This document shows positions 1 to 12,700 of a stretch of 64,000 nt of DNA, piece by piece (the stretch's first letter is position 1; the number at the start of each line of letters is the position of its first letter). The DNA is taken from NCBI GenBank assembly GCA_964247055.1, contig OZ176052.1, positions 10,912,001 through 10,976,000 on the forward strand, read 5' to 3'. The notes beneath the pieces were generated by a model. It saw only the letters and a program-made list of their open reading frames with translations, was not told the DNA's origin and ran no database searches. Source of the DNA: Paragordius varius (lineage: Eukaryota > Animalia > Nematomorpha). The translations under genes were made by a program, and so were the position numbers.

Positions 1-744
1 CTTTGGTATGCTGACCTCAAAAACATAAAAAATGGCATGAATCATTTACCATTCTCACATTATTTGGATCGGATAAATGTTAGTATGGTTCATGAACGTC
101 AACATTTCACATTTTTGTCGGATTACGTGAATAATAATGTAACGCACGCAAACGATATTTTAAACAATTATTTCAAATTTATGTTTGTACGTGAACCGTT
201 TGAAAGACTGTTGTCAGCGTATCTCGATAAATTTGGCCAAGGTACAAATGAATATTTTTCCCGTGCTTTTGGAAAGTATATAGCCACGGCAAATCATAAA
301 ACATTACATAGTAGTAATCTAGTGAATAGTAGTCTGGCCCATAAGGATACAATTATCACATTTTCGGATTTCATCAATTTTGTTTTAGATGATAAAACAT
401 TGCATTCTACCTATCTCATGAATGAGCATTGGAATCCGGCGTGGTCATTATGTCAGCCGTGTGTCATAGATTATGATTATGTTGGTTTTAGCGATAACAT
501 AGAAAAGGATTCAAGCAATGTCTTACCGTATTTACTTAAAAATGGTGGACAAAAATTACCCATGAATATGGATACTAGTTTCCCCAAAGATTATTTTGTT
601 ATCCGCAATCAAACGCGCCTAGCTATGCCAAAATTTTATAAAACTCTGTCCTACACACAAATTATAAAGTTATATCAATTGTATAGAATGGATTACGAAT
701 ACTTTGGCTTTGATATGAATAAAATACTCAGATACATTATTTAA
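1..744 (+). CDS. Carbohydrate sulfotransferase (Sulfotransfer_2 / CHST8-14-like), catalytic exon; 5' end lies outside the window
   Basis: Frame is open from base 1 (LWYADLKNIKNGMNH...). Family motifs: KFMFVREPFERLLSAYLDKF (3'-PAPS-binding), HWNPAWSLCQPCVIDYDYVGF, LYQLYRMDYEYFGF. Confidence 0.88.
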   Translation, partial: LWYADLKNIKNGMNHLPFSHYLDRINVSMVHERQHFTFLSDYVNNNVTHANDILNNYFKFMFVREPFERLLSAYLDKFGQGTNEYFSRAFGKYIATANHKTLHSSNLVNSSLAHKDTIITFSDFINFVLDDKTLHSTYLMNEHWNPAWSLCQPCVIDYDYVGFSDNIEKDSSNVLPYLLKNGGQKLPMNMDTSFPKDYFVIRNQTRLAMPKFYKTLSYTQIIKLYQLYRMDYEYFGFDMNKILRYII

Positions 745-1278
745 ATGGTGATTATCCATACTATATTTAAACATTTGATAGTTAAATAAATACAATCTGA
801 ATAAAATACATGTTAGTTTTTTTGTTAAATATTGCCAGTAAAGAGATTGGCTATGCAAGAAAAAGCGAAAAACACATTTTTCTATATATGAATACAAATA
901 AAAACATTTTTAGTTAATAATATCGCTCTTTTTGCAATGCTATCAAATTTGAAAAAACTAGCAATGCATTTTCATTTATATTATTTAGTAGAACATCTAT
1001 GAAACTTGAAATTATCATTAAATTTTGACAACACTTGGTGTTCTAACAAAATTATTAGTTTAGAAAAAACCGAGATTTTCAATTACACTGGAAAATAAAC
1101 CCCCCAAAACATTTTATATTTATTAGATTGCCTAAACGTTTTGCCCAAGGCTTTACTTAATCCGTAATTTGACAATCATTTTACAAATATATATATATAT
1201 ATATATTCATATACAAGGAATGCATTTATTTCAAAAGACTGTGTTTAATAATTTTATTAAAAAAATATGATCTAATTT

Positions 1279-2319
1279 TTAATCCCCTTCTTCCATATTG
1301 TCAGCGTTTATGGAGACATTGGATAAATCTTCGTAATTAGCTTCTTTAGGTTCGAGTTCGTCTTCGTATTGAAGGATGGTGTTAATTTGATATAAAATTG
1401 CCTCTATAGATTTCGGTGTTTTCAGGTTGAGTGGGAAAAATTTAATAAGGTCATAATTATCAACAATGGATGTTAAATTTTGAGTTAAAGTTTGTAACTT
1501 AACATTTTGTGTTTCATTCTCTCTCGCATAATGATGATATAATTCAAGTGATGGATGAGCAATCTCAGATAAAGAATCGTCTGATTCAATGTTTTCGGAA
1601 TCAGAATCGGATTGATTGTCGGATGATGTATGATCTAAATCATTAGATTCATGTTCACGCGTGGCTTGAAGATAAAAAGTCGCAAAACTCCGAATTAAAG
1701 TTTTATTTTTGGCTAGTAAGTCCATTTTAGAGAATACATTGACAAACGGTAGAAATTCGAAATTTACCATAACTGATAGGGAAACGAGTGTTACCGACAT
1801 ATATTTGTCTATGTCCACAAGAAAATTTGGGGCGTCAACCAAAAATATTCCGCATAAACAAAAATCGAAACGGTTGATGAGGTGTTTGATGAAATCTCTA
1901 AATACTTGTACATGTGAATATAATTCGATTTGCCCGGGACAATCAAAAAGTATGTAATCATCATCGACCAACTTTTCGCTTATTTGATCAGCAAACCAGG
2001 ATATATCTTTCATTAAATATTCTATGCAATATATAAGCGCAGCATTTGGTCCCATAACTAACTTATCTTCGTCATCTCCTTCATTGGCCTCTTGTAAAAC
2101 CTCTTCCACAGTTATGAGATCACGAATATCGATGACATAATCAATTTTATTATTAATTTGTGCATCAGTTTGAGGAGCAGAATTATCGATTGCGCCTGGA
2201 TCAAGATTAATTATTTTAATATTTTTAACGCTTTTAGCTATTGTTGAATGTTCTGCAAGAGATTTGCAGTAGGTGGTTTTACCACTACCTGCTGGTCCGA
2301 TTACTAATTGGCCAAACAT
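1279..2319 (-). CDS. GPN3: GPN-loop GTPase 3, single exon
   Basis: P-loop GPAGSGKTTYC, NLDP, GPN motif (MGPNAAL), DDYILFDCPGQIELYSH, LCGIFLVD, SKMDLL and C-terminal QYEDELEPKE. These fit GPN3 better than GPN1 or GPN2. Confidence 0.92.
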   Translation of the reverse strand: MFGQLVIGPAGSGKTTYCKSLAEHSTIAKSVKNIKIINLDPGAIDNSAPQTDAQINNKIDYVIDIRDLITVEEVLQEANEGDDEDKLVMGPNAALIYCIEYLMKDISWFADQISEKLVDDDYILFDCPGQIELYSHVQVFRDFIKHLINRFDFCLCGIFLVDAPNFLVDIDKYMSVTLVSLSVMVNFEFLPFVNVFSKMDLLAKNKTLIRSFATFYLQATREHESNDLDHTSSDNQSDSDSENIESDDSLSEIAHPSLELYHHYARENETQNVKLQTLTQNLTSIVDNYDLIKFFPLNLKTPKSIEAILYQINTILQYEDELEPKEANYEDLSNVSINADNMEEGD

Positions 2320-2899
2320 GGAAGTTTTTTCTCAAATGTTTTAGACATAATTTTGTGATGTTCAGCAAATAAAACATTTTTTTGTACTAAAGAATTATTT
2401 TTTTATTACCATATGGATCAAAAAGAATTTTATATAGTTTATCTGTTGCACGTTGTTTAAAAGCTATACGTGTATATCCAGTTCCAGCCATACTTTTAAG
2501 CATTACCAAAGTTAATCTAAATTAAATTAAAAATAACTTTTCTTTAGCCATAAGTAGGCATTTTCCACACTTAATAAGGTTATAACATCTGTATATGTTG
2601 ACACAATAAAGCTAATAGTAAAAAAACATTGGAGATACATAAGTTTAATGGCGAAATATTTCACAAACAATTTTGAAAATATATCTTCGGTTTTTTCCAT
2701 AATTCGGATAATATTTTTTGGAATAAATCAGAACGTCGAGATTCGGTGTAGTCTATTAAGTTAATATTTTTTTAAAAATAAATGTTACCATACTAAAGTG
2801 CTATTTATTTAAAATTATTATGGTTAAATATATAATTATTATAATAACACGACACTTGTATTAAAAATAATCTTAATCTTTAAATGGGCTACGTAGAAC

Positions 2900-5500
2900 C
2901 TCTTGCTGCTTTAAACGGAAAAAAACACATGATAATCGATTTTCTTCTAAAAAAGTTAACATTCTGCTTACCAATTAATTTTCAAATTACACAATTCAAT
3001 ATCAGGGACAAGAAATGGTCAGACTGGTATGATAGCCATTATAAACCGTCTTCACGAAAATGTTATCTAAGTAATGATACACAGCGAAAGAACACTACAG
3101 CTTAAGGTTTTACACGATGACTGCATCTCAAATTAATATCGATATACGCTTCCCAACCAGGCTTAAAAGACAAAATTAAACAACCATATATGTCTACCAA
3201 ATGCAATACCAGGCAAGGAATGCCTCTTCTTAGGAGGTGACTTTAACAGTCTATTATTAATATGCACACGATTCCAGGGAAGTCCATCGCGGAAACGGCT
3301 TTGGCTGCACTGAAAAAAAGGGAGAACAGATGTTGGAATATTGCAAAAACCAACTAATCATAGCCAGCACACACCTAACAAAAAATCACAATCAACTCTC
3401 CACTTTTCAAACCACAAACTATTCTACCATGATTGATATCATTGCCTAAAATAAAACGGCCACAATCCTCAATACTCACCAAACAATCTTCACACAACAC
3501 AAAATCCTGATGGCGGGGAAAAACTAAACAATCATAAACCCTTATACCAAACACCAGCCAAAATATCCACACCTAAAAACATAGTTACAACAGCAGATAA
3601 TATTTGTGGCAGATGCAATACATCAAAAAAACAAAAATTTGGTCTGTAAAAATGAATTGAAAGAGGTTACAATAGAAAAAAAGTCGTCTGCAAAGCTTAG
3701 AAAAAGGATAACAATGATAATAACAGACAAATATATCTGAACGCAAAACACAAAGGGCAAAATTAATTAGAAAAGCATCGGTAAAAATTGTCTAAAACTC
3801 GCTTCCAAACTTGAAGACCAAACTAAAATAAAAAATCTTTAAATACACAAAGAACTTAAATTCATACAAGATTCATCAAGATTAAATTTATCTAAAACAA
3901 TATGCATGATATAATTACTAATCCGGAAATAGTAATTAAGATATGTGCTTGGAAGGATCAATGAACCAAACAAACATTTTAAAAGTTCCTTTGACACTGA
4001 AACCATTCACAAGCGGACCCATCCATGATATCACAGAAAACGATGTATTAAAAGCAATACAAATGAAACCAAATTCGTCAGGTTCAAGCGAACTATCAGT
4101 TGATCTTCTTAAACCAATACCATGCTTAAATTGCTTAAAACTTTCTTCAATGAAATTATTACTAAACGTAAATTCCTTCTAGAAACACACTATAAAAATA
4201 TTTGAAAACATTATTGACAACCGACTGACAAACCATTACAAACAAATAATCAGTTTGCATTACATAAAGAGCACAGCACTACAGATGCTCATATTCATCA
4301 CCAGGAAACTACTGGTAAATATCTTTCGAAAAATCAAAAACTTTTCCATATCTTTCTAGACATGGAAACTTTTTATAATATTCCCAGAGCAACATTGGCC
4401 CTAAGACAAAATTACAACGAAGAGTACCTAATAAAAATAATACTCCTTCTCTATGAAAATGCAACCAAAATAGTTCGCACGCAAATAGCAGAGGCCAAAT
4501 CTATTCAAACAAACACTGGCCTATACCAAGGGTCGGTACTTGGTCCATTACTATTCATTATAATCTTAGACTGTATCACAAAAAACATGTCTACCAAACC
4601 GCCCTGGGAGTTAATCTTAGCAGATGACATTGTTTTAACAGACATTTCACTTGAAAATATGTCAAATAAATTTAGAAATGGGAAATTCTGCCTAGAGAAC
4701 CATGGGCTAAAAATAATTATTAATAAAACAAAATATGATATCAGGAGATTGCAAGCAGCGCCCCAATCCATGCGCTATTTGTGACAAGGAAGTTAAAACC
4801 AATTCAATAAAATGGAACAAGTGCAAATTCTGCTAACAATTCTCCAAAATTACCCGAGAATTAATCGAACAAATAAACTTTAAATGTAACAATTTTAAAA
4901 ACAATAATCCTTAAACACGCTCGACATATGTGACAATGGACGATAATTTAATAGAAAAAGTAAACTTTACCTATCTCGGAGACGTCATAGACTTTAAAAG
5001 CCATATAACTGGAGTCTTAAGGAACCTAATTAAATAAGCGTGGGAAAAGTCAACTCTCTAAAATTTGTGCTTAAAAATAAAAATGTATCTAACAATAATA
5101 AATGGCTAAACAAAGCAGGAGTCAGGCCAGCTCCTACTTACGCCACCGAAACATAGTCCCTTAACAAAAAAATCTTGACAAAATGATAAATATGGAAACA
5201 AAATACCTGAAGTTTGTTATTCTGACAACAATATTCCTCTTAAACACAAAAATGGCACAGTACAAAAGTTTATCCAAAGAAGCAGACTGAAATACTTGGG
5301 TCACATTGAAAGCAGACAAATCGATCACCCTCTCCAAACCATTATATACACACAATCCTTTGGAAACGCAAAGGACGCCCAACACATTCCTGGGAACGAC
5401 AATATGAAAAATGACATATATTACTCGACATTACCAAATGTGTAGATAGGGATCTTTGGAATAAGATTGTTAGTAGCAACCTTCAAAAATGCAGATAAAA
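2900..5500 (+). mobile_element. Degenerate RTE-clade (RTE-X-like) non-LTR retrotransposon
   Basis: Frameshifted APE motifs (LISIYASQPGL near 3135, LGGDFN near 3230). RT motifs GLYQGSVLGPLLFIIILD and PWELILADDIV (4520-4635). Cys motif PCAICDKEVKTNSIK near 4770-4815, then YLGDVI, VRPAPTYATET, LGHIE and GRP..SW. Boundaries approximate. Confidence 0.85.
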
Positions 5501-5564
5501 AGCCATCAAGTATACGTATTCATATAATTGTGAGGATATAATTTATTTTATCTACAAACTACTA

Positions 5565-5570
5565 TTTATT
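5565..5570 (-). promoter_or_regulatory. Candidate SMC4 polyadenylation signal AATAAA
   Basis: AATAAA on the - strand about 18 nt after the SMC4 stop; chance hexamers are common in this AT-rich DNA. Confidence 0.4.
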
Positions 5571-5587
5571 AATATGGAATACTATAT

Positions 5588-6008
5588 TTATGTTTCTTGT
5601 ATGATATTTTTGGGTGCGTTCAATTGAAGTACAACATTTTTTGTACAATCATGAGTTTTATAGATTCCAACGAGTCTGTTGGCCAATTCAAACATGTTAT
5701 TCCGCAACGATATAATTATAAATTGGGCCGTTTGAGTTCTTTGCTACATATATTAAATGGGATATTATATTCTGCTATGTTTTTAAAATAAATGTAATTT
5801 AATGTGATAATGATAAGTGTCTTTTAAACTATTGTTTTATTACAGTATGAATAAGTATATATGGACAGTTTTTCATTAATATTGCCAGATAAAATATGCA
5901 GCAAAAAATATTATAATGGAAACTAGTAATATATATTTACTCATACTGTAAAATAAACCGTCTAATATTCGGATTTTGTACATCACCAATTATAAATGCA
6001 AACAATTT

Positions 6009-6060
<52 letters not shown>

Positions 6061-9000
6061 AAATTTTTTAAATTTAATAATTAACAAAATAATATAATTA
6101 TTTTTAATGAAGCGAACATTCTATTAACCATATTGTAAATAAATTAAATTTTGATTGCCCCTAATTACTCCCACTTTGAATAACAGCTCCTACAAACTAA
6201 CCCATTGGATATAATGTACTTTTTTTTCGAAATTTTATTAATTTAATTGTTAAATGTTTCAATAATAAATAGGGATTAGAATAAATCGCCGATAAAATTT
6301 TTAATATTAATACTCAATTACCTTTTGGGTAGTTTTATTCCCGAGCGATTTGAAATTTATATATTTAAAATATATTTAAGGTATTAAGCCGAATTAAAAA
6401 AATGCTTTCTTTAGCCTTTTAGGTGCATTATACAAATTTTGCCGCCATTTTTTCTATAATCTTTTTAAATCGCTAATGTAACAGGCAAATAAATGTATAT
6501 TATGGTTAAAAAATGTAATACCAACAAAAACATGATATATTTTGTTTATAAAATCAAGTTGGTTTTAATCGTGTTGCTGTCTTAGTCTCTAGAGGTCACA
6601 AAACTGTAAAAAATATAAGCTTTTTTATCTAATACATGAGAACAATGTTTGATATAAATTTTTTTTAACTAAAATAACTTTCAAAACTGGAGTTTATTTA
6701 CGAAATTAAGCTGTGAGATATAAAACTACCCCAAAAAGTAAACTATTACAAAAAAGTAAAAAGGTAAAGAAGTGATTGACATTATTCAATTTTTAGAGGG
6801 ATTGCATATATTTTTACAGAAGGTGATATCGGGCGCATTATTGAGATTTAAATTGATATTCTTTACTAGTAGTACCCAGTCTTCTTGGGGTCGACCCCTA
6901 CTGTTTTTTGTCGTTTCAGAAGCGTATTTAGGCAGTAGGTGAAGTTCCGGTAGGGGTTATGTCCAGCGAATCATAACGATTTGTCATCAAAACATTTTCG
7001 ATTTAGGGTATATTTAGTATTATGAACCGACCAAAACTTTTGTAATAATTTTAAAGGTTGGGATTGTGTGCAATTATTGTTTTAATATTTTTGTTTGGGT
7101 AAATTGGATATTTTTAGTATTAAATAATCTCATGCATGAATATTGCGAAGCTTATGGCAATACTGGCCTAATAGATGGCGTACAAAAGATTTCCCTTTTT
7201 GATTATATATTTTAATGAATGGTAACTTTTCCATGTTTGTGAAATTCTCTCTTTGATCGCTTCGCTTACTCAACCGTGGCTGTTGGAATACTGTTGCATA
7301 TAGTTCGCTGAGTTTGGGAAGGGCAGGTGTGCTTGCACAGAAATACGGGAACTGCATCTGATGCAAACAAAATTGTTTGTGGCTAATTTATGAAGATGTA
7401 GGCAACTGTTGATGATTTGATTACATCCAGTGAAGCTACACTATTTTACTTTTACCATCATACATGATCTTTTTTATCGTACTCACTGGGATACTGAAAG
7501 TTTTGAATAATTTATCCCAAATTTTAACCCTTTTAAATAGTTTCTCCTGAGTGATTGAAGTGACGACTAAATTATCCGCAAACAAAATCACCCACGAAAG
7601 TCCTTTTACTGAATTTTTAGTTTCTTCCATTATGATTATAAAGAGTAATGGGCCTGGAATTGAGCTTTGCCGCAGACCATAAATTAAAATTTGTGTATTG
7701 TTTTTATGTGGGTTTGGATGTGCTTGCATATAATCATTCTCGCCATAAATATCCATTTCTAAACTCCCTTTCTCCGAAGAGCCTCATGAAATCAACTGAT
7801 CAACCGTGTCGAAGGCATGTTCAAGGTCAAAAAAGTTTAATCAATATAATGGCGTGTTTCGAGTGTGGGCATTTATTGTCGTAGTTTAAGTATGGGTCAT
7901 CGTACTTTTCACAGGTCTAAATCAGAATTGCATATCATTGATTGTTATTCCTTGTTGTATTTTATGGTTAAAACACTTTCGTAAAGTTAAGGAGTGTGTT
8001 CTCAATTTGTATTGGGTAGTATAATTAAGTGTTAAAGGATCCCTTTCTATTTATAGATGGGTATTATATAGCTGGTTACAATCTGAGTGGATGGTATAAT
8101 TGTATAAATATTAATGAAAAGTTTGGTGAAATAATTTGAAGATATCTTATTATTTATCGCCTATTAGCATGTCGTTTGTTGGTTCAGAGAACCCACATGT
8201 TTTTTAGTCATTTTAGAGAGAGACTAAATACAACTGACCGCACTCAACGAATTTGGTATGAAACAGTATCGCAATTTAAAATATCTTATTTATTCCAGCC
8301 AGCGGTGGAGTAAATGAAAAGATCAAAGATAGAATTTCACAAACATGGAAAAGTTACCATTTCTTAAAATATTTAATAATCAATAAGCATAGCAAACACC
8401 AAACTAAAGGGAATTTACACCCATTAGACCAGTGATTACATAGGCTTCAGAAAGCTGCCCATAACATCAATAAAACCACTAATATTCAATCGGAATATTA
8501 AAAACAATCCTGTTTGCACACCCTTTACAATTATGTATAAAAATAATTTTGATATGTACATATAATTATATCCAAAATCGAAAATGTTTGACAAATCGTC
8601 TATCATTCGCTGAGCATATACACCGAAGCCCTCAGGAACATCACCTATAATACATTCTTAACCATGCTTCTGTAATCACAAAAAATAGTAGACCCCATTA
8701 AGCATGGATATTTACTATAAATAAGGTCTAATTACCTGTTCAATGATGTGCTCGATCGCACCCTTTGGAAAAAAACTATAAGACTTCCAAATTTAACCAA
8801 CATCAATACCAACGGAGATATATGTATATTTTCTGACTGCTTATTTTTAAAAAAAGTCACGGTCACGTCAATTTTGCAAACATATCCGTTCAAAATCCCA
8901 ACCCTTTTAGTGCAAAACACTTAAAGAAAAACCAAATCACCTTAATATAATGAGCAACTATGGAAACGTTTTTGAAATCAAGCGCAGCATCAATCTCATC

Positions 9001-9665
9001 CATTATGTAAAAGGGAGTAGGTTTGTAATGATGCAAAGCAAAGATTAGCGCTATGCTACTGAGAGTTTTTTCACCTCCACTCAGGTTTGATACATTTTTC
9101 CATGATTTGTTGAGGGGACGAACTCTGTAACGCGCACGTCATAGAAATATAAACATGTCAGTTATTAATAAATAAAAAATATTTCGCTTTGTTTGTGTAA
9201 TTTAAGAGTATCAGACACTTTTAAAATAAATTAAAAGTATTATAATAACAAATTATGTGCAGTTGATTAAATTACTAATAAAATTAAAATGATAATTTTT
9301 TTATATATGGTAAAGTTTAAATAAAAGTCTAGTCAAAATATTTACGCAATAATTAAGAAAGTCTACCATATTTCTAGATTTTAACTTTAATTTGTTAGGT
9401 TGATGGCGAGAAAAACCCAACTTTATCATTTGGCTATATATGAAAAATAATAATCTAAAAATATGGTTGATTTTACTAATTTAATGACGGTTCTTTTTTT
9501 AACTTTTTTTTACTTATTGTGCGCACCTTATCTTTTTAAACTTTAGTGTAAAGTAAAAATCATATAATAAAATAGTCAATAAAATTAAAATAATAATGAC
9601 CGTCAAAACCAAAGGTAATCTTTTTATAAAGACATTTATATATTTATACTTTGATTTTATATATG

Positions 9666-9700
<35 letters not shown>

Positions 9701-12700
9701 TTAAAGATTACATTTGTAAAATAGGTGTTACCAATTTACATCTATCTTCCTTATTGTGTAACGCAAAACGGTGTATTATATCCAAAAAGTCAAGGAAAAA
9801 TTATGGTTATCTTTTAGATATTGCGTTTTGTCATTATAATATTTATTTTTACTTGTAAGCAACTCCCTCAGTAAATGGATCCAAAGAATCCACCAATTCA
9901 AGATCAGCATCGCCTCCCAAAGTGATCATTCGATAAATTTCTTTCAATTTTACGGTTATAAACCCGAAACCCTACATTAGATTAATAAGTAAAAATGGTA
10001 TAATTACACAAAAATAATAAAAATCTAAAATAACCTTTAAAAACTGTGAAAGACGCTCATGTTTTAGCTTGTTGAATAAATCTTGCATAATCTTTTTGTG
10101 TTGCGTAACTTCTTCCAATTCTTTAGCCTGATTTATGTAAACCTTCTCCTAAGAAATCACAGAAAAACAAAAAACGTTTTACATAAATTAATTATAATGC
10201 AAAACATGAACATAGATATGAATAGGGTAAATTTGAAGCGGTTTAAAAGCACTCATGACTTTACTGTAACCGCTTTAAAATATGTCGAACTTTTATTACC
10301 TTATTAACTACAAAATACTAGTATGAAAAGTTAAATTTTTTTATTTACCAAAATCCAGCAAATTAACTATTTTATTTTGCCACGACATGATTTTAGTATA
10401 TATTGGCTATATATGGAAAAATGATACATTCATAAGCATCCAGGCCGGTTATTTTTGGCAGTCAAAAATCTAACCCAAGATTCGATTAATGTGCAAATTT
10501 ACATTGTAATATAAAAATATATATTTTCTTCAAAAAGGTACAAATAGGTTTTGAAAAATTGCAAATTTATTTTTATCTCTTCAATAAAAAATTCGGTATG
10601 CCATTTGTTGCTAAGTATTCTTTCCTGAGATAGCAACCATTTGTGTGTGTGTGTGAATACAAGAGTGCGAAAATATTAACCTTATCGGTCAGAAAATTGG
10701 ACAAATATAAGGACAAATTAAACCAAAACAAACTCTTTATATTTTTTTAGTAAAAAATTCAATAAGCATTACATTAGCCAATTAAACCGTTTGTCTATAA
10801 AACATTAAAAAATATTAACCTTATCTGTATACTCTTGTAGGGCATTTAAATCGGGTTGCGTTATTTTGGCTAAATGTGCTTGAGCTGTTTTCAGTTCCTG
10901 TTTTAAGCGATCTATATCCAACGATGCCAATTCTAATTCCGATAAAAATTTTAATTCTGTAATAGCAATTTCTTCATCGCCCTCATCATTATCTGTTGCT
11001 GAGGATTGAAACTCGCTGCTCGTATTTCGTTCCTCCATTTTTTCTGTACAAAAAGAAATATTGAAAATAATAGGTTTTTTCTATAAACCATACATTGGAC
11101 CCTTTGCCATGATGAGTTTTTTTAAAAAATTAACAGCGCCCATTGATCATCATACAATTTTCCGTTTTTTAAATAATGCCCTAATTTTTGAGTTAAAAAC
11201 GTTAAAAGTAGGGAGCACATTCACACAAACTTACTATTTTGACGATTGCCAAATTCTGAAGTCTAAAGTAATAAACCTAATTATTATTTTTCATATGTCT
11301 ATAAAATAGTAATAATTATTTTATTTACTAGTATTAATCAAGATTTTTAGATATATTCTTTTATTACTGGATATATCTAATTACATATACATCTCAAAGA
11401 TTAAACAACAATATACTAAATTAGAAACGAAATTAAAATAAATTCAATAAAATTTAGTAATCAAATTTTAACCAAAAAAAATTTAAATTCTTTTGGAAAA
11501 GGATCATGTCACGTATAAAACCCATGTATTATTTTCTACAATACATGTCATTATGAGGGAAGCGGGCAACTATATAATATGGTTGTATTTACAAATGAAA
11601 TATCACTCTTCATCCTATTACAAAAAGTATTTACGGTATGCATTTTAATGGTTGCTTATTTCACACTATAGTTGGGCAATTTGCAACACAGTAGTGTGTG
11701 GAAAAAAGAAAGGAATAAATTCTTTACTCAACCTTTCGTTGTTTTTTCCATACACTACTGTGCTGCAAATTGCCCCACTATAGTGTGAAATAAGCAACCA
11801 TTAAAATGTATACCGTAATGAATTACAGTCATGTATCCTTTATTTTATCAAAAATTTATTCTTTTTCGTTAAATGGGTATAAATATTTGGTAAAGAATGT
11901 AAAAAACGGGAGCCTCAATATCATATTCATCAAAAAAGTGAAAGAATTACCATAGAGCTCTTGTTTTTTCTCACCAAATATTTATACCCATTTAACGAAA
12001 AAAAAATAAATTTTTGATAAAATAAAGGATACATGACTGTACATAAAGTATATACATAGAAATATGTATTTGAAAATACCATTATCACTAGAAGACTCCA
12101 TGAGTTCATCATCATTTTCTTGATTTTCAATACGTTTTTTAATTTCAGTTTTTTTCTTTGAATTACGGGATTTCGTTTTAATTGATTTTCGGTTTTTCGA
12201 TGGTGAGTTTGATGATTTATGCTTAGTTAAACTGATTTGGTAAAATACACAAATTAAATTTATATTATTCATGTATTATTTTATCTAGTAAAATGCGGCC
12301 AAAAGCTTTTTTTATATTTAATTCGTTATCTAATCAAAAAAATTTAAGAAATATTCAAGATTTAACAAAAAATATATGGCTTTCGTTCTTTATTTATATA
12401 ATTTTGTCATTATAGCCAATTAATAATTGAATAAAAATGTTATTTAATTGCATAAAGTTTGAGGCGTATTTGTACTAATAAAGCATCTTTTATTTAATTA
12501 TTCCAACACAATTTAAAAGGTTTTAACATTATATGATCCAAATTTTGTCAATATCATTCCTATCTTACAAGAAAATACAGTAAAGTTTGGAATAGATGTA
12601 AAATAGTAGAATACAAATAAATGATTTAGAGCAACAATGTGGATATTTTTAGCAAGTCAATCATTAAAATCGCTATTTTTACTATATAGCCGATTATGTG

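Noticed and set aside
1709-1957. Short antisense or shadow ORFs in the track (also 4505-4771, 13520-13738, 20078-20314, 52542-52724, 54218-54421, 62968-63217)
   Set aside because: They overlap real exons or TE ORFs on the other strand or frame and show no independent coding signal.
8560-8700. VITEAWL on the - strand, suggesting a CR1/L2 endonuclease
   Set aside because: The region aligns at nucleotide level, on the + strand, with the RTE-X 3' end, so the peptide match is coincidental.
8920-8940. Possible 21-nt intron GTGATTTGGTTTTTCTTTAAG after SMC4 exon 27
   Set aside because: It leads to a stop after nine codons. The conserved AQFIIISLRNNMFE exon is at 5743-5588.
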